Source: an uncultured Atribacterota bacterium
Lineage (GTDB): Bacteria > Atribacterota > Phoenicimicrobiia > Phoenicimicrobiales > Stramentimicrobiaceae
Length of the DNA: 64,000 nucleotides
Direction of reading: 5' to 3'
NCBI GenBank assembly: GCA_964636625.1
Contig: CAZWUL010000001.1
Location: 20,534-84,533, forward strand
The position numbers and the translations under genes were made by a program. This document shows positions 1 to 10,581 of this stretch, in pieces (within the stretch, counting starts at the first letter, position 1; the number at the start of each line of letters is the position of its first letter). The notes beneath the pieces are model-generated. The model worked only from the letters and a program-made list of their open reading frames with translations. It was not told where the DNA came from and made no database searches.

Positions 1-509
1 CACAGGATAAAGGTACTGGAAAAGAGCAAAAAATAACCATTAAACATTCTAGTGGTTTGACTGAAGAAGAAATTCAGAAGAAAATTAAAGAAGCGGAACA
101 GTACGCAGAAGATGACCTTAAGCAAAAGGAAAAAGTTGAATTACATAATCAGGCAGATACGCTAGTTTATACAACTGAAAAAACATTAAAAGATGCAGGT
201 GATAAGGTAAATGATAGCCTGAAGAATGAAATCAATGACAATATTAGTCAGCTAAGAAAAGCTATGCAGGATGACAATATAGAAGAAATGAAAGCGGGAA
301 TAGAAAAATTAACAAATTCTTCTCATAAGCTGGCTGAAGAAATGTATAAACAGTCTTCTGGCCCTGATCAGGGACAACAACAAGGCCAGACTGGAGGGAC
401 AGAGGAGTCTACAGGTAATCAATCTCAAGAAGAATCCAGTGATTCCCAAAAAGAAGAAAAAGTTTATGATGCTGAATATCAGGAAGAAAATGACGACAAG
501 AAAGAGTAG
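1..509 (+). CDS. dnaK: Molecular chaperone DnaK, C-terminal part (gene starts upstream of the window)
   Basis: Frame 3 from base 3 translates to ...DKGTGKEQKITIKHSSGLTEEEIQKKIKEAEQYAEDD..., a typical DnaK C-terminal lid and acidic tail. dnaJ follows. Confidence 0.9.
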   Translation, partial: QDKGTGKEQKITIKHSSGLTEEEIQKKIKEAEQYAEDDLKQKEKVELHNQADTLVYTTEKTLKDAGDKVNDSLKNEINDNISQLRKAMQDDNIEEMKAGIEKLTNSSHKLAEEMYKQSSGPDQGQQQGQTGGTEESTGNQSQEESSDSQKEEKVYDAEYQEENDDKKE

Positions 510-709
510 TAATTGAATAAATAATATTCATCAAGATATTAATTTCGTTGGATTTCCCGATTCTTATACAATAAATCGATGAAGACGGGAAATTCAACGA
601 TTATTATAAGATTATCAGCATAGTAAAATAAGGTTAAATAAAATAAAAGGGAAGTATATATTTTAAAATAATAATATAGAAAAATATAATCTAGAAAGGG
701 ATTATTGTT

Positions 710-1864
710 TTGGCAAATAAAGATTATTATCAAATCCTGAATATTAGTAAAGATGCAAGTCAGGAAGAAATTAAAAAAGCATATCGGAAATTGGCTTTAA
801 AATATCATCCTGACGCTAATCCCAACAAAAAAGAAGAAGCGGAAAAGAAATTTAAAGAAATCGGAGAAGCCTATTCAGTATTAAGTGACCCGGAAAAAAG
901 GGCAAGATATGACCAATTTGGTTCAGCTGATACCGCTGATGCTGGAGCAGGTTTTGATTTCAGGAATTTCTATGGGGAAGGCATGGATGATTTTGGCAGC
1001 TTTAGTGATATATTTGAGTCTTTTTTTGGTGGAGGTGGTTCACGAAGAACTTACCGACGCGAAAGAGCCAGGAAAGGAGCCAGTTTAAGGTACAACTTAG
1101 AGGTAACTTTGAAAGAAGCCGCTTTTGGTGCTGAAAAAAAGATAGAAATACCAACCTGGCAAAATTGTAGTCATTGTGGTGGAACTGGTGCTGAACCAGG
1201 AACCTCTAAAAAGACCTGCCCTGATTGTAATGGAACAGGTGAAATAAGAATGGCCCAGAATACATTTTTTGGGCAATCCATAAATATACAAGCCTGTCCA
1301 AGATGTAAAGGAAGCGGCCAGATTATTGAATCACCCTGTAAGGTGTGTCATGGAGCCGGGAAGATAAAGGCAAGAAAAACCATTAATGTTAAAATATTGG
1401 CAGGAGTGGAGAGTGGACATAGGCTAAGACTTGCGGGAATGGGAGAACCCGGTGAAAATGGTGGTTCACCCGGGGATCTCTTTATTGTTATTAGTGTTAA
1501 AGAGCACACTGTTTTTAAAAGAAAGGGTACTGAAATTTATTGTGACCATAAAATAAGTTTGCCTAAAGCTGTTTTAGGTGGGGAAACCACAGTTCCAACA
1601 TTAGAAGGAAATGTGAAAATGAAAATTCCTGCTGGAACACAAAGTAATACTGATTTTAGATTGAGAGGAAAAGGAGCATATAAATTAGGTACAAAAAATA
1701 GGGGTGATGAACACGTAAGAATAATTGTAGAAATACCTAGAAGTTTAAATCAGAAAGCAAAAAAACTTATGTATGAGTTAGCACAAGAAACTGGCGAAGA
1801 TGTTGAAAAAATAGGTGAAAAAAATTTTTTCGAAAAAGTTAAAGAAACCTTCACTAAAAAATAA
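710..1864 (+). CDS. dnaJ: Molecular chaperone DnaJ
   Basis: J domain with HPD motif (YHPDAN), G/F-rich linker, four CxxCxGxG zinc-finger repeats, 384 aa. Confidence 0.95.
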   Translation: MANKDYYQILNISKDASQEEIKKAYRKLALKYHPDANPNKKEEAEKKFKEIGEAYSVLSDPEKRARYDQFGSADTADAGAGFDFRNFYGEGMDDFGSFSDIFESFFGGGGSRRTYRRERARKGASLRYNLEVTLKEAAFGAEKKIEIPTWQNCSHCGGTGAEPGTSKKTCPDCNGTGEIRMAQNTFFGQSINIQACPRCKGSGQIIESPCKVCHGAGKIKARKTINVKILAGVESGHRLRLAGMGEPGENGGSPGDLFIVISVKEHTVFKRKGTEIYCDHKISLPKAVLGGETTVPTLEGNVKMKIPAGTQSNTDFRLRGKGAYKLGTKNRGDEHVRIIVEIPRSLNQKAKKLMYELAQETGEDVEKIGEKNFFEKVKETFTKK

Positions 1865-1945
1865 AACATAAGCTCTTTTCTATAAATTTGCCCATTTCAT
1901 AATATTCATTAAAAAATTTATTTAAATAACAAAGAAAAATTCATA

Positions 1946-3292
1946 ATGAAAAATATAGATAGAAAAGTTGCCTTAAAGACAATAGGATGCAAAGTAAATC
2001 AGTATGAAACAGGAGTTATAAAACAGACTTTTCTTAAAAATGGTTTTACCGCAGTAGATTTCAGAGAAAAAGCAGATATTTATATTATTAACACCTGTGC
2101 TGTGACCAGAGAAGCAGAAAGAAAGTCAAAACAGATGATCAGAAAAGCCGGTAGAACAAATCCATTTGCTACTGTTATTGTAACCGGATGTGCTGTACAA
2201 ACAGATTTGGAGGAAATAAAGGATTGTACCAATACTAGTTGCCACATAATTAGCAATTACTACAAAAATGATATTTTTAATATATTTGCAAAATCTTCTA
2301 TAAATTCACCTAAGAAAATAATTCACTTCATACCCGGAGTTCATATTAACCAATACCATGAAAATTATTTTCCCAGTACAAGCAATAGAATAAGAGGGTT
2401 GGTAAAGATACAGGATGGGTGTAACCAATTTTGTAGTTATTGTGTTATACCGTACCTCCGAGGAAAAGCCAGAAGCAGGAAAGTTAATGATATATTATCA
2501 GAGATCAGGGAATTAATAAAAAACAGGTATAAAGAAATTGTATTATTGGGAATTAATCTTGGCAGTTATGGAGAAGATTTAGAAACCGATAATATTAATT
2601 TAGCAAAATTAATAAAAAAAATAGAAAAAATTCACGGCTTAGAAAGGGTTAGATTGAGTTCGATTGAATTTCCATGGATAACTGATGAGTTGATAGATAC
2701 TTTTAATAATTCTTCCAAGCTTTGCCATCACCTGCATATCCCCTTGCAAAGCGGTGATGATTATATTTTATCCCTCATGAGAAGAAAATATAATATTACC
2801 ATATTCGAGGAAAAAGTAAAAAAGATTATGGCAGGTATTCCAGATATTGCAATTACCACAGATATTATTGTCGGTTTTCCCGGTGAGGATGTATTATCAT
2901 TTCAAAAAACGTATCATTTTTTGAAAAGAATAGGTTTCTCTAAAATACACGTGTTTCCTTATTCGGAAAGACTGTTGACTCTTTCTTCATTGTTTACTGG
3001 AAAGAATAATACAGAGGTTATCAAAAAAAGAGTTAAAAAATTAACTAAATTATCTTTAAAATTAAGAAAAGATTTTTTTTTAAACAACCTAAACCAGGAG
3101 AAAACAATAATAATTGAAAACAGTTATAGCAAAAATAATAATAAATATGCTTCTTGTGGTTTAACTGATAATTATATTACAGTTTGTATCAAAGGTTTAA
3201 AAAAGAAAAATGGAGAGTTAATAAAAGTCAGATTAAAAAATGCTTTTGATTCCTATATCGAAGGAGAAGAAGTAATTAATCAAATAAAATAA
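1946..3292 (+). CDS. mtaB: tRNA methylthiotransferase, radical SAM, MtaB/YqeV-like
   Basis: MTTase N-terminal domain, radical SAM CxxxCxxC (CNQFCSYC) and TRAM-like C-terminus. It sits after dnaJ as in B. subtilis yqeV. Confidence 0.8.
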   Translation: MKNIDRKVALKTIGCKVNQYETGVIKQTFLKNGFTAVDFREKADIYIINTCAVTREAERKSKQMIRKAGRTNPFATVIVTGCAVQTDLEEIKDCTNTSCHIISNYYKNDIFNIFAKSSINSPKKIIHFIPGVHINQYHENYFPSTSNRIRGLVKIQDGCNQFCSYCVIPYLRGKARSRKVNDILSEIRELIKNRYKEIVLLGINLGSYGEDLETDNINLAKLIKKIEKIHGLERVRLSSIEFPWITDELIDTFNNSSKLCHHLHIPLQSGDDYILSLMRRKYNITIFEEKVKKIMAGIPDIAITTDIIVGFPGEDVLSFQKTYHFLKRIGFSKIHVFPYSERLLTLSSLFTGKNNTEVIKKRVKKLTKLSLKLRKDFFLNNLNQEKTIIIENSYSKNNNKYASCGLTDNYITVCIKGLKKKNGELIKVRLKNAFDSYIEGEEVINQIK

Positions 3293-3360
3293 ACTAAAAA
3301 GTATTTGTGTCTTCTTTGTTTTAAACTAAATATTTATAATTATTATAAATTATAATTTTT

Positions 3361-3388
3361 TTGATATTTTTTCGTTCTGTGCTATAAT
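3361..3388 (+). promoter_or_regulatory. Sigma-A-type promoter upstream of nusA (TTGATA, 16 nt, TATAAT)
   Basis: Near-consensus -35 hexamer at 3361-3366 and -10 hexamer at 3383-3388, read directly from the sequence. Confidence 0.5.
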
Positions 3389-3413
3389 ATAGTAAATTTC
3401 AAAAGATACTTTA

Positions 3414-3447
3414 AAAGAGTGGTTCAAAAGCCACTCTTTTGTTTTGT
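3414..3447 (+). terminator. Intrinsic terminator or attenuator hairpin in the nusA leader
   Basis: Perfect 9-bp stem AAAGAGTGG/CCACTCTTT with an 8-nt loop, followed by the interrupted U-tract TGTTTTGTAATTTT. It lies downstream of the promoter and about 90 nt upstream of the nusA start. Confidence 0.5.
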
Positions 3448-3533
3448 AATTTTAAATATTTAATTTTTTGTATAGGGTTATAACATATCTCCTAATTCTT
3501 CATTCCCAAAAGGGAAGGGGTTGAAAGGTTAAG

Positions 3534-4598
3534 ATGAATATAAATATTGATTTAATAAAAATATTAGACGAAATTGAAAAGGATAAAGGCATCTCAAAGG
3601 AAGTCTTAATTGATACAATTGAAACTTCTCTTGTTTCTGCATATAAAAAAAATTTCGCACAAGGTAGAGATAATGTTGAAATAATATTTAGTAAGGAGAC
3701 TGGCAAGGTGCAGGTTTTTAACAGAAAGAAAGTTGTTGACGCGGTCAAAAACCCTTCTGCAGAAATAAATTTTGAAGAAGCCAACCAGTTAGGAAAAGGT
3801 AGCATTGCAGTTGGGGATGAAATAAATATAGAGATAACCCCAAAAGACTTTGGTAGGATTGCGACTCAAACTGCCAAGCAAGTTATAGTTCAAAAAATTA
3901 GAGAGGCAGAGAGAAAAGCAATTTTTGAGCGTTATATTGATAAAGTAAGAGACATAGTCACCGGTATAATTCAGAGGACAGAAGGCTATAATATTATTGT
4001 AGATTTGGGAAAGGCTGAAGCAGTCTTGCCTATAAACGAGCAGGTTAAAAGAGAGAATTACAACAAGGGAAAAAGAATGAAATTTTACGTTATTGAGGTG
4101 AAAAAAACTTCCAGAGGACCCAGAATAGTTCTATCTAGAACACATCCTGATTTACTAAAACGTTTATTCGAATTGGAAGTGCCCGAAATCCATGAAGGGC
4201 TAGTTGAAATTAAATGTATTGCAAGAGAAGCAGGAAAGCGCTCAAAAATAGCTGTTGACAGTAAAGATGATAATGTTGATTCTATCGGTTCCTGTATTGG
4301 GGATAGAGGATCTCGAATTAAATCTATAATGACTGAATTACAGGATGAAAAAATTGATGTTATAAAATGGGATGATGATGAGAAGGTATTTATTGCAAAT
4401 TCTCTTAACCCCGCAAAAGTACTACTTGTTCAGTTATTCGAAAAAGAAAAAAAAGCCCTTGTTGTAGTTGACGATGCTCAATTATCCCTGTCAATAGGCA
4501 AGGAAGGGCAGAATGCAAGATTAGCTGCAAGGCTAACAGGATGGAAGATAGATATTAAAAGTGATTCTCAATATAAAAAAGATAAAAAAGATGAATAG
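3534..4598 (+). CDS. nusA: Transcription termination/antitermination factor NusA
   Basis: N-terminal domain, S1 and two KH domains, 354 aa. Followed by ylxR and infB. Confidence 0.95.
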   Translation: MNINIDLIKILDEIEKDKGISKEVLIDTIETSLVSAYKKNFAQGRDNVEIIFSKETGKVQVFNRKKVVDAVKNPSAEINFEEANQLGKGSIAVGDEINIEITPKDFGRIATQTAKQVIVQKIREAERKAIFERYIDKVRDIVTGIIQRTEGYNIIVDLGKAEAVLPINEQVKRENYNKGKRMKFYVIEVKKTSRGPRIVLSRTHPDLLKRLFELEVPEIHEGLVEIKCIAREAGKRSKIAVDSKDDNVDSIGSCIGDRGSRIKSIMTELQDEKIDVIKWDDDEKVFIANSLNPAKVLLVQLFEKEKKALVVVDDAQLSLSIGKEGQNARLAARLTGWKIDIKSDSQYKKDKKDE

Positions 4599-4658
4599 AA
4601 ATGACATAAAAATATAATATCTTATATTGTCAATTTAGCAGGTAAAAAAACAATTACC

Positions 4659-4943
4659 ATGAAACATTCTAAAAAAATACCTTATAGGACATGCGTAGGC
4701 TGTCAATTAAGGAAACCAAAAAAAGAATTACTTAGAATTATAAGAACACCGGAAGGTATAATAGAAATTGATGTAACCGGAAAGAAATCAGGTAGAGGGG
4801 CTTACCTGTGTTATAATATGGAATGTTTTAAAATGGCAACCATAAAAGGTAAGCTAAATAAAGCCTTAAAGGTGGAAATTTCAACGGAAACGATTAAATT
4901 AATAGAAGAAAAGTTTAAAGAAATAGAAAATGTGTCATCATGA
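4659..4943 (+). CDS. rnpM: YlxR/RnpM family protein (DUF448)
   Basis: 94 aa with the RTCVGC motif, in the conserved position between nusA and infB. Confidence 0.8.
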   Translation: MKHSKKIPYRTCVGCQLRKPKKELLRIIRTPEGIIEIDVTGKKSGRGAYLCYNMECFKMATIKGKLNKALKVEISTETIKLIEEKFKEIENVSS

Positions 4944-4981
4944 CATGTTTAACTACCCAAAGTGAATTGAGTCCGGGGTAA

Positions 4982-6937
4982 ATGGAGGTCATCAGTATGA
5001 AAAAAAGAGTATATGAAGTAGCTGAAAATTTAAAAATCCCTACCAAAAAACTTATTGAATTTCTAAAAAAAGAGGGTATCAATGTTAAAAATCATATGAG
5101 TACCCTTGATTATGAAACAATAGAAATTATTCAAGAAGCCATTGCTGAAGATGGAATACAAGAAGATAGTAAGAAAAAAGAAACAAGGGATATAATTGTA
5201 TTAGAAAAAATACCAAGCTTAAAAGATTTATCAAAGCAATTGAAAATTCCTCTATCGAAAGCAATGCAACAAGTATCAAAATATGGGAATATACATTCTA
5301 TAGAAAAAGAATTGCCCTGGCAAATTGCAAAGAAAGTATATGAAGAAAATGATTTTAAAGTTGAAATTACAAAAAATTTTAAAAAGGAACTTAAATCAAA
5401 AAAAACAAAAGAAACCGAACATACAATGCTTACAAAATCACCTGCTATTACTATTGTTGGGCATGTAGACCATGGTAAAACAACTCTTCTCGACATGATA
5501 AGAAAGAGTGATGTTACTAAAAAAGAAGCAGGGGGTATAACTCAACATATTGGAGCTTATGTTGTGGAGGTAAAAAACAATCGATTTGTATTTATTGATA
5601 CTCCCGGACATGAGGCTTTTACTACTATGAGAGCCAGAGGAGTGAAAGCAACTGATATTGTTGTACTGGTAGTGGCGGCTGATGATGGTGTTATGCCTCA
5701 AACAGTGGAAGCCATAAATCATGCCAGGGCAGCTAATGTACCCATTATTGTAGCTATCAATAAAATAGATAAACCGAACGCTAATATCGATAAAGTTAAA
5801 AAAGACCTTTCAAAACATGAATTGGTTCCTGAAGAATGGGGTGGTGACACTCTTGTTGCAGAGATATCTGCTTTACAAGGTAAAGGTATAGATGAATTAT
5901 TGGATTTAATCTCAATTCAAGCTGAAATGTTAGAACTGCAAGTTACACCACAACTTCCTGCAACTGGAATAGTAATAGAAACAAAATTAGATAAAAGAAG
6001 GGGAATTCTTGTTACGGTTCTGATACAAAATGGTCATTTAGATATAGGAGATTATTTTGTTGTTGGTTCTGCTTTTGGAAAAGTAAAGAGCATGATGGAT
6101 GACAAGGGCAAAAGATTAAAGCATGCTGGACCTTCAACTCCTGTAGAAATCACTGGTTTTAATAAAATGCCTATAGCCGGAGATGTTTTTCAAGTAGTTG
6201 CAGATGACCATTTTGCAAAAACAATAATTGAAGAAAGAGAATCAGAGAAAAAAAGAAAACAAAAACAGAGTATTGACACTGACAAGGTTTCTTTAGAAAA
6301 TTTATTTGAGGAGATGGCAAAAGGCAAACTAAAAGAGTTAAACATGATATTAAAAGCTGACACACAAGGTTCTCTGGATGCCATATATGGTACACTTTTT
6401 AATTTAAGCAATGAAGAGGTTGAAATTAAAGTTATTCACAGCGGGATCGGAGCAATAACAGAAACAGACATAATGTTGGGTTCTGCTTCTAATGCATTAA
6501 TTGTAGGGTTTAATGTAAAAGTTGATGTTAATTCCCAAAAGCTGGCAAAGAAAGAAAAAGTCGATGTCAGGACCTATAATATAATCTATGATTTAGTTGA
6601 TGAAGTAAAAGCTGCCTTAAAAGGGTACCTGAAACCAAAGCTTGAAGAAGTTATTAACGGAAAAGCAGAGATAAGAGAAATATTCAAAATACCAAAAATT
6701 GGAATTGTTGCTGGCTGTTATGTAACAGAAGGCAAAATATCTATCAAAGATTATATACGTGTTTTTCATGAAGACAATAAAATATATGAAGGTAAAGATT
6801 TTTCCATAAAACGTTTTAAAGAAGATGTAAAAGAAGTAAATGAAGGTTATGAATGTGGAATAAACATTGATAAGGTTGATGATCTACAGGTAAAAGATAT
6901 TATTGTTTTCTATAATTATAAAGAAATAGAAAGATAA
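4982..6937 (+). CDS. infB: Translation initiation factor IF-2 (true start probably 4997 after GGAGG)
   Basis: GTPase G1 motif GHVDHGKTTLLD, DTPGHEAF, NKID. 651 aa. Confidence 0.95.
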   Translation: MEVISMKKRVYEVAENLKIPTKKLIEFLKKEGINVKNHMSTLDYETIEIIQEAIAEDGIQEDSKKKETRDIIVLEKIPSLKDLSKQLKIPLSKAMQQVSKYGNIHSIEKELPWQIAKKVYEENDFKVEITKNFKKELKSKKTKETEHTMLTKSPAITIVGHVDHGKTTLLDMIRKSDVTKKEAGGITQHIGAYVVEVKNNRFVFIDTPGHEAFTTMRARGVKATDIVVLVVAADDGVMPQTVEAINHARAANVPIIVAINKIDKPNANIDKVKKDLSKHELVPEEWGGDTLVAEISALQGKGIDELLDLISIQAEMLELQVTPQLPATGIVIETKLDKRRGILVTVLIQNGHLDIGDYFVVGSAFGKVKSMMDDKGKRLKHAGPSTPVEITGFNKMPIAGDVFQVVADDHFAKTIIEERESEKKRKQKQSIDTDKVSLENLFEEMAKGKLKELNMILKADTQGSLDAIYGTLFNLSNEEVEIKVIHSGIGAITETDIMLGSASNALIVGFNVKVDVNSQKLAKKEKVDVRTYNIIYDLVDEVKAALKGYLKPKLEEVINGKAEIREIFKIPKIGIVAGCYVTEGKISIKDYIRVFHEDNKIYEGKDFSIKRFKEDVKEVNEGYECGINIDKVDDLQVKDIIVFYNYKEIER

Positions 6938-6947
6938 ATAAAACAAG

Positions 6948-7232
6948 ATGTTGTTAATTGGAACTTGTGAACTATTGATATATTTGCCTGATAGTCATTC
7001 TCTAAAAGATAAAAGAGGCATTATAAGCAAGCTTAAGTTTAATCTAAGAAAAAAATATAATATATCTATTTCTGAAATAGATCACAAGAATTTGTGGAAA
7101 AAAACTACTTTTGCGATTTGTTGCGTCAGTGATAGTCGACAGATTATTGACAGAACAATGGATAGTCTAATTAAAGAAATTGAAAATAATCCTAAAATTG
7201 AATTAATAAATTATCAGGTATCAACTATCTAG
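6948..7232 (+). CDS. DUF503 family protein (YlxP-like)
   Basis: 94 aa, similar to B. subtilis YlxP, in the conserved position between infB and rbfA. Confidence 0.7.
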   Translation: MLLIGTCELLIYLPDSHSLKDKRGIISKLKFNLRKKYNISISEIDHKNLWKKTTFAICCVSDSRQIIDRTMDSLIKEIENNPKIELINYQVSTI

Positions 7233-7279
7233 CGGACATATTGATAAATTTAAAGGAAAAATAAAAGGAATGTTTTAAA

Positions 7280-7642
7280 ATGGTCTTAGAACAAAAAAAG
7301 AAACATTTTGAAAAAATATTAAAAAGAACCGTAAGCCACATAATTCATAATAAAACAAAAGATCCCAGGATAGGCTTTGTAACAATAACCAGAATTGTAA
7401 TATCAGACGATTTGCACAACGCAAAAATATTTATATCAGTTCTCGGTACCAAGGAAGAGCAAGAAAAAAGCATGAAGGGTCTCTATAGCGCTACAAAGTT
7501 TATCAGGGCTGAATTGGCTTTTGGGTTAAAAGATTACCGTTTTACACCTTATATATCATTCCATTACGATACAGAACTGGAGAAAGTACACCAGCTTATG
7601 TCTCAGGTGTATAGACTGGAAAAAGAGAAAGAAACTGATTAA
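7280..7642 (+). CDS. rbfA: Ribosome-binding factor A
   Basis: 120 aa with RbfA-like KH fold sequence, conserved neighbourhood. Confidence 0.85.
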   Translation: MVLEQKKKHFEKILKRTVSHIIHNKTKDPRIGFVTITRIVISDDLHNAKIFISVLGTKEEQEKSMKGLYSATKFIRAELAFGLKDYRFTPYISFHYDTELEKVHQLMSQVYRLEKEKETD

Positions 7643-7646
7643 AATT

Positions 7647-8642
7647 ATGCAGCACACTGAGCTTGAAGAAATTGCTGAAATACTCAAAAAATACCATAAT
7701 TTTGTAATTACTTCCCACGTTCATTTAGATGGTGATGCTCTCGGTTCTGAAATTGCTCTTTTTTTAATGTTAAAAAGTATGGGTAAAAAAGTTAATATTG
7801 TGAATCAGGATAAAACTCCGGATATATACAAGTATTTACCGGTTGTTGAAGAAATAATTTGCATCGAAGAACTTGGAAAAGAATATTCTTTAGAGGTTAA
7901 ACCTGAAACAATATTGATTATCCTGGATTCAAGCAATTTAGATAGAATAGGGAATATTCATATTAATATGAAACAAATTGAATTCATTATAAACATTGAC
8001 CATCACTCATCCAATACTCTCTTCGGAAAATATAATTTCATTGATACATCTGCTTCTTCATCAGGCGAAATTTTATATAAATTAGGGAAAAAGCTTCATT
8101 GCAATTTAAATAAGGAGATAGCGATTCCCTTATATACTGCAATTATTACAGATACTGGTTCATTCAAATATGCAAATACAAACGAAGATACTTTTAAAAT
8201 TGCCCTTGATTTAGTAAAACATGGTGTAAACCCAGGTTGTATCGCAAATTATATTTATAATAATAACGAACTCTCTGGCATTAGAATACTGGGAGAGGCA
8301 CTTCGGCGATTAAAGATAAATCCATCATTACAAATATCATGGACAATTGTAACCAGGGATATGCTGAAGGAAACAAATTCTAAAGATGAGGAAACTGAAG
8401 GTATTGTTGACAAAATTCTTTCGATAAAAAATATTGAGGTTTCTGCCTTTTTGAGAGAGACCGAGAGTGGGGATATAAAAGTAAGTTTCCGTTCCAAGGG
8501 TAATTTTAATGTTGATCAGTTTGCCAGGCAATTTAACGGTGGTGGGCACCCCAATGCTGCAGGATGCAGTATTAAGGGTACAATAAACAAGGTTGAAAAT
8601 TTAGTAATTTCAAGGCTACAGGATAAACTTAGTAAGGATTAA
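7647..8642 (+). CDS. nrnA: DHH/DHHA1 phosphoesterase, NrnA-like oligoribonuclease/pAp phosphatase
   Basis: DHH motif (NIDHHSSN) and C-terminal DHHA1 domain with GGGH motif, 331 aa. Confidence 0.8.
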   Translation: MQHTELEEIAEILKKYHNFVITSHVHLDGDALGSEIALFLMLKSMGKKVNIVNQDKTPDIYKYLPVVEEIICIEELGKEYSLEVKPETILIILDSSNLDRIGNIHINMKQIEFIINIDHHSSNTLFGKYNFIDTSASSSGEILYKLGKKLHCNLNKEIAIPLYTAIITDTGSFKYANTNEDTFKIALDLVKHGVNPGCIANYIYNNNELSGIRILGEALRRLKINPSLQISWTIVTRDMLKETNSKDEETEGIVDKILSIKNIEVSAFLRETESGDIKVSFRSKGNFNVDQFARQFNGGGHPNAAGCSIKGTINKVENLVISRLQDKLSKD

Positions 8643-8677
8643 ATATATTTTTAGTTTTAAATAAAACACAGAAGACT

Positions 8678-9613
8678 ATGATAAATGGTATTTTAAATAT
8701 TAATAAGCCTGAAGGAATTACTTCAGCAAAAGCGGTTCAAATAATCAAAAAAAATTTAAAATTAGACAAAGCAGGACATACTGGAACTCTGGACCCATTT
8801 GCAACTGGAGTTTTACTTGTTTGTGCCAATAAAGCTACTAAAATTGCTCAATACATTTCTATATTAGATAAAGAATATATTGGAACTATGATATTGGGCA
8901 TTACCACTGACACACAAGACCTAAAAGGTAAAACAATCTCAATAAGACCTATTAATAAAAATATACTTGATCTCAAAAAAGTTAATATGGTATTCGAAAG
9001 TTTCCATGGCGATTCGTGGCAAAAGCCGCCAGTATTTTCAGCAAAGAAATATAAAGGTGTACGGTCATATAACTTTGCACGAAAAGGCATTAAAGTGAAT
9101 TTATCTCCGCATAGGATATCTATATATAATATAAATATTCTAAAAATAATATTTGACACTTTCCCCAGTATTATTTTTAAAGTAAGATGTTCCAAAGGAA
9201 CTTATATCAGGGCATTGTGTAATGATATTGGCGAAAAACTTGGTTGTGGTGCTTTTTTATCAAAACTTATAAGAACTAAAGTAGGTAATTACAATATTGA
9301 ACACTCTATCGAGTTAAACAGTTTTATAGAAAAGCCAGCGCCTGAGCAAAGAAAATATATGTTAACAATTAACCAATCTTTAAGTCATTACAGAAAAATA
9401 ATTCTAAATGAAAATAAGAGTCTAATTGCAAAAATAAAAAATGGAAATCAATTTTCCGAGAAAGAAATAAATTGCATAACAAATTGTCAGGACAGTATTT
9501 CGACTGACACATATAGAGTCTGCTCTTATGATGGCAACTTGTTGGCGATAGCCAAAAGAATAAATAGTCCTGTATATCTAAAAAAATATAAGGTTGAAAA
9601 AGTTTTCATATGA
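8678..9613 (+). CDS. truB: tRNA pseudouridine(55) synthase TruB
   Basis: Catalytic motif GHTGTLDPFATGVLLV and a C-terminal PUA-like extension. Confidence 0.9.
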   Translation: MINGILNINKPEGITSAKAVQIIKKNLKLDKAGHTGTLDPFATGVLLVCANKATKIAQYISILDKEYIGTMILGITTDTQDLKGKTISIRPINKNILDLKKVNMVFESFHGDSWQKPPVFSAKKYKGVRSYNFARKGIKVNLSPHRISIYNINILKIIFDTFPSIIFKVRCSKGTYIRALCNDIGEKLGCGAFLSKLIRTKVGNYNIEHSIELNSFIEKPAPEQRKYMLTINQSLSHYRKIILNENKSLIAKIKNGNQFSEKEINCITNCQDSISTDTYRVCSYDGNLLAIAKRINSPVYLKKYKVEKVFI

Positions 9614-10581
9614 CAAATAATAAAAAAAATAATTATGAATATAAACAGATTAACTATTTTAATATTTACAATAAAGATATGAAAAAATACATTGCATTGG
9701 GGTTTTTCGATGGAATACACCTTGGCCATCAGGCCTTATTAAATTGGTGTGTAAAAAAGGCAAAAGCTGCTGGCGCTATAAGCACTGTTATCCTTTTCGA
9801 CCAACATCCAGAAAAAGTTATTAACAAGTTAAATAATTATTCACTCCTGACAACATTAGCAGAGCAAATAGAAAAAATAAGAAAAAAAGGTATTCAAAAA
9901 ATAATAATTTTTAAATTTGATGAGAATTTTTCTAAAATTAAAGCAGAAGAATTTATAATAGAGGTATTATTAAAAAAGTTTAAAATGGGAGCAGTTTTTA
10001 CAGGACATGATTATCATTTTGGTTACCAAAAAAAAGGTGATATCGCTTTGCTAAAAAAATTAGGAGAAATATATAATTTCGAGTCATATGTTATGAATTC
10101 TATAACAATGAATAGTAACCAAAAGATTAGTAGCACCGTTATTAAAGATTATTTAAAAAATGGTGATATCGAGAAGGCAAATAAATTATTGGGATATCAT
10201 TATCAAATGCGTGGTAAGGTCATACATGGTGACAATAGAGGAAATTCTGTTCTTTCTTTTCCAACAGCAAATTTGGAAATAGAACCTGAGAAGCTTTTAC
10301 CAAAGAACGGAGTATATCTAGGGTTTACTCATTATAAAGGAAGAAAATATAATAGCTTGATTAATATAGGCTTCAAACCCACCTTCAAGCTTGAAAAATG
10401 GAATATCTCTGTTGAAGTATATATATTTAACTTTAGAAATGATATCTACAATAAAAAAGTCATTATTTCATTTATTAAAAGAATAAGAGATGAAAAAAAG
10501 TATAATAATGCCAGAGACTTAATTTCACAAATAAAACAAGATAAGCTAATCGCAGATAATTATTTTAATGAACATGAATAA
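9610..10581 (+). CDS. ribF: Bifunctional riboflavin kinase / FAD synthetase
   Basis: N-terminal FAD synthetase (GFFDGIHLGHQ) and C-terminal riboflavin kinase domain. ATGA overlap with truB. The real start may be the internal Met at about 9679. Confidence 0.85.
   Translation: MTNNKKNNYEYKQINYFNIYNKDMKKYIALGFFDGIHLGHQALLNWCVKKAKAAGAISTVILFDQHPEKVINKLNNYSLLTTLAEQIEKIRKKGIQKIIIFKFDENFSKIKAEEFIIEVLLKKFKMGAVFTGHDYHFGYQKKGDIALLKKLGEIYNFESYVMNSITMNSNQKISSTVIKDYLKNGDIEKANKLLGYHYQMRGKVIHGDNRGNSVLSFPTANLEIEPEKLLPKNGVYLGFTHYKGRKYNSLINIGFKPTFKLEKWNISVEVYIFNFRNDIYNKKVIISFIKRIRDEKKYNNARDLISQIKQDKLIADNYFNEHE

Noticed and set aside
509-710. Searched for a CIRCE/HrcA operator between dnaK and dnaJ
   Set aside because: No TTAGCACTC-N9-GAGTGCTAA-like element. 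Only the hairpin reported above.
5131-5722. Antisense ORFs of 94-121 aa inside infB, and similar ORFs inside nusA, ftsK, atpA/atpB, dxr, der and comM
   Set aside because: Shadow ORFs opposite or out of frame in well-supported conserved genes, with low-complexity translations and no motifs. Typical for AT-rich coding DNA.
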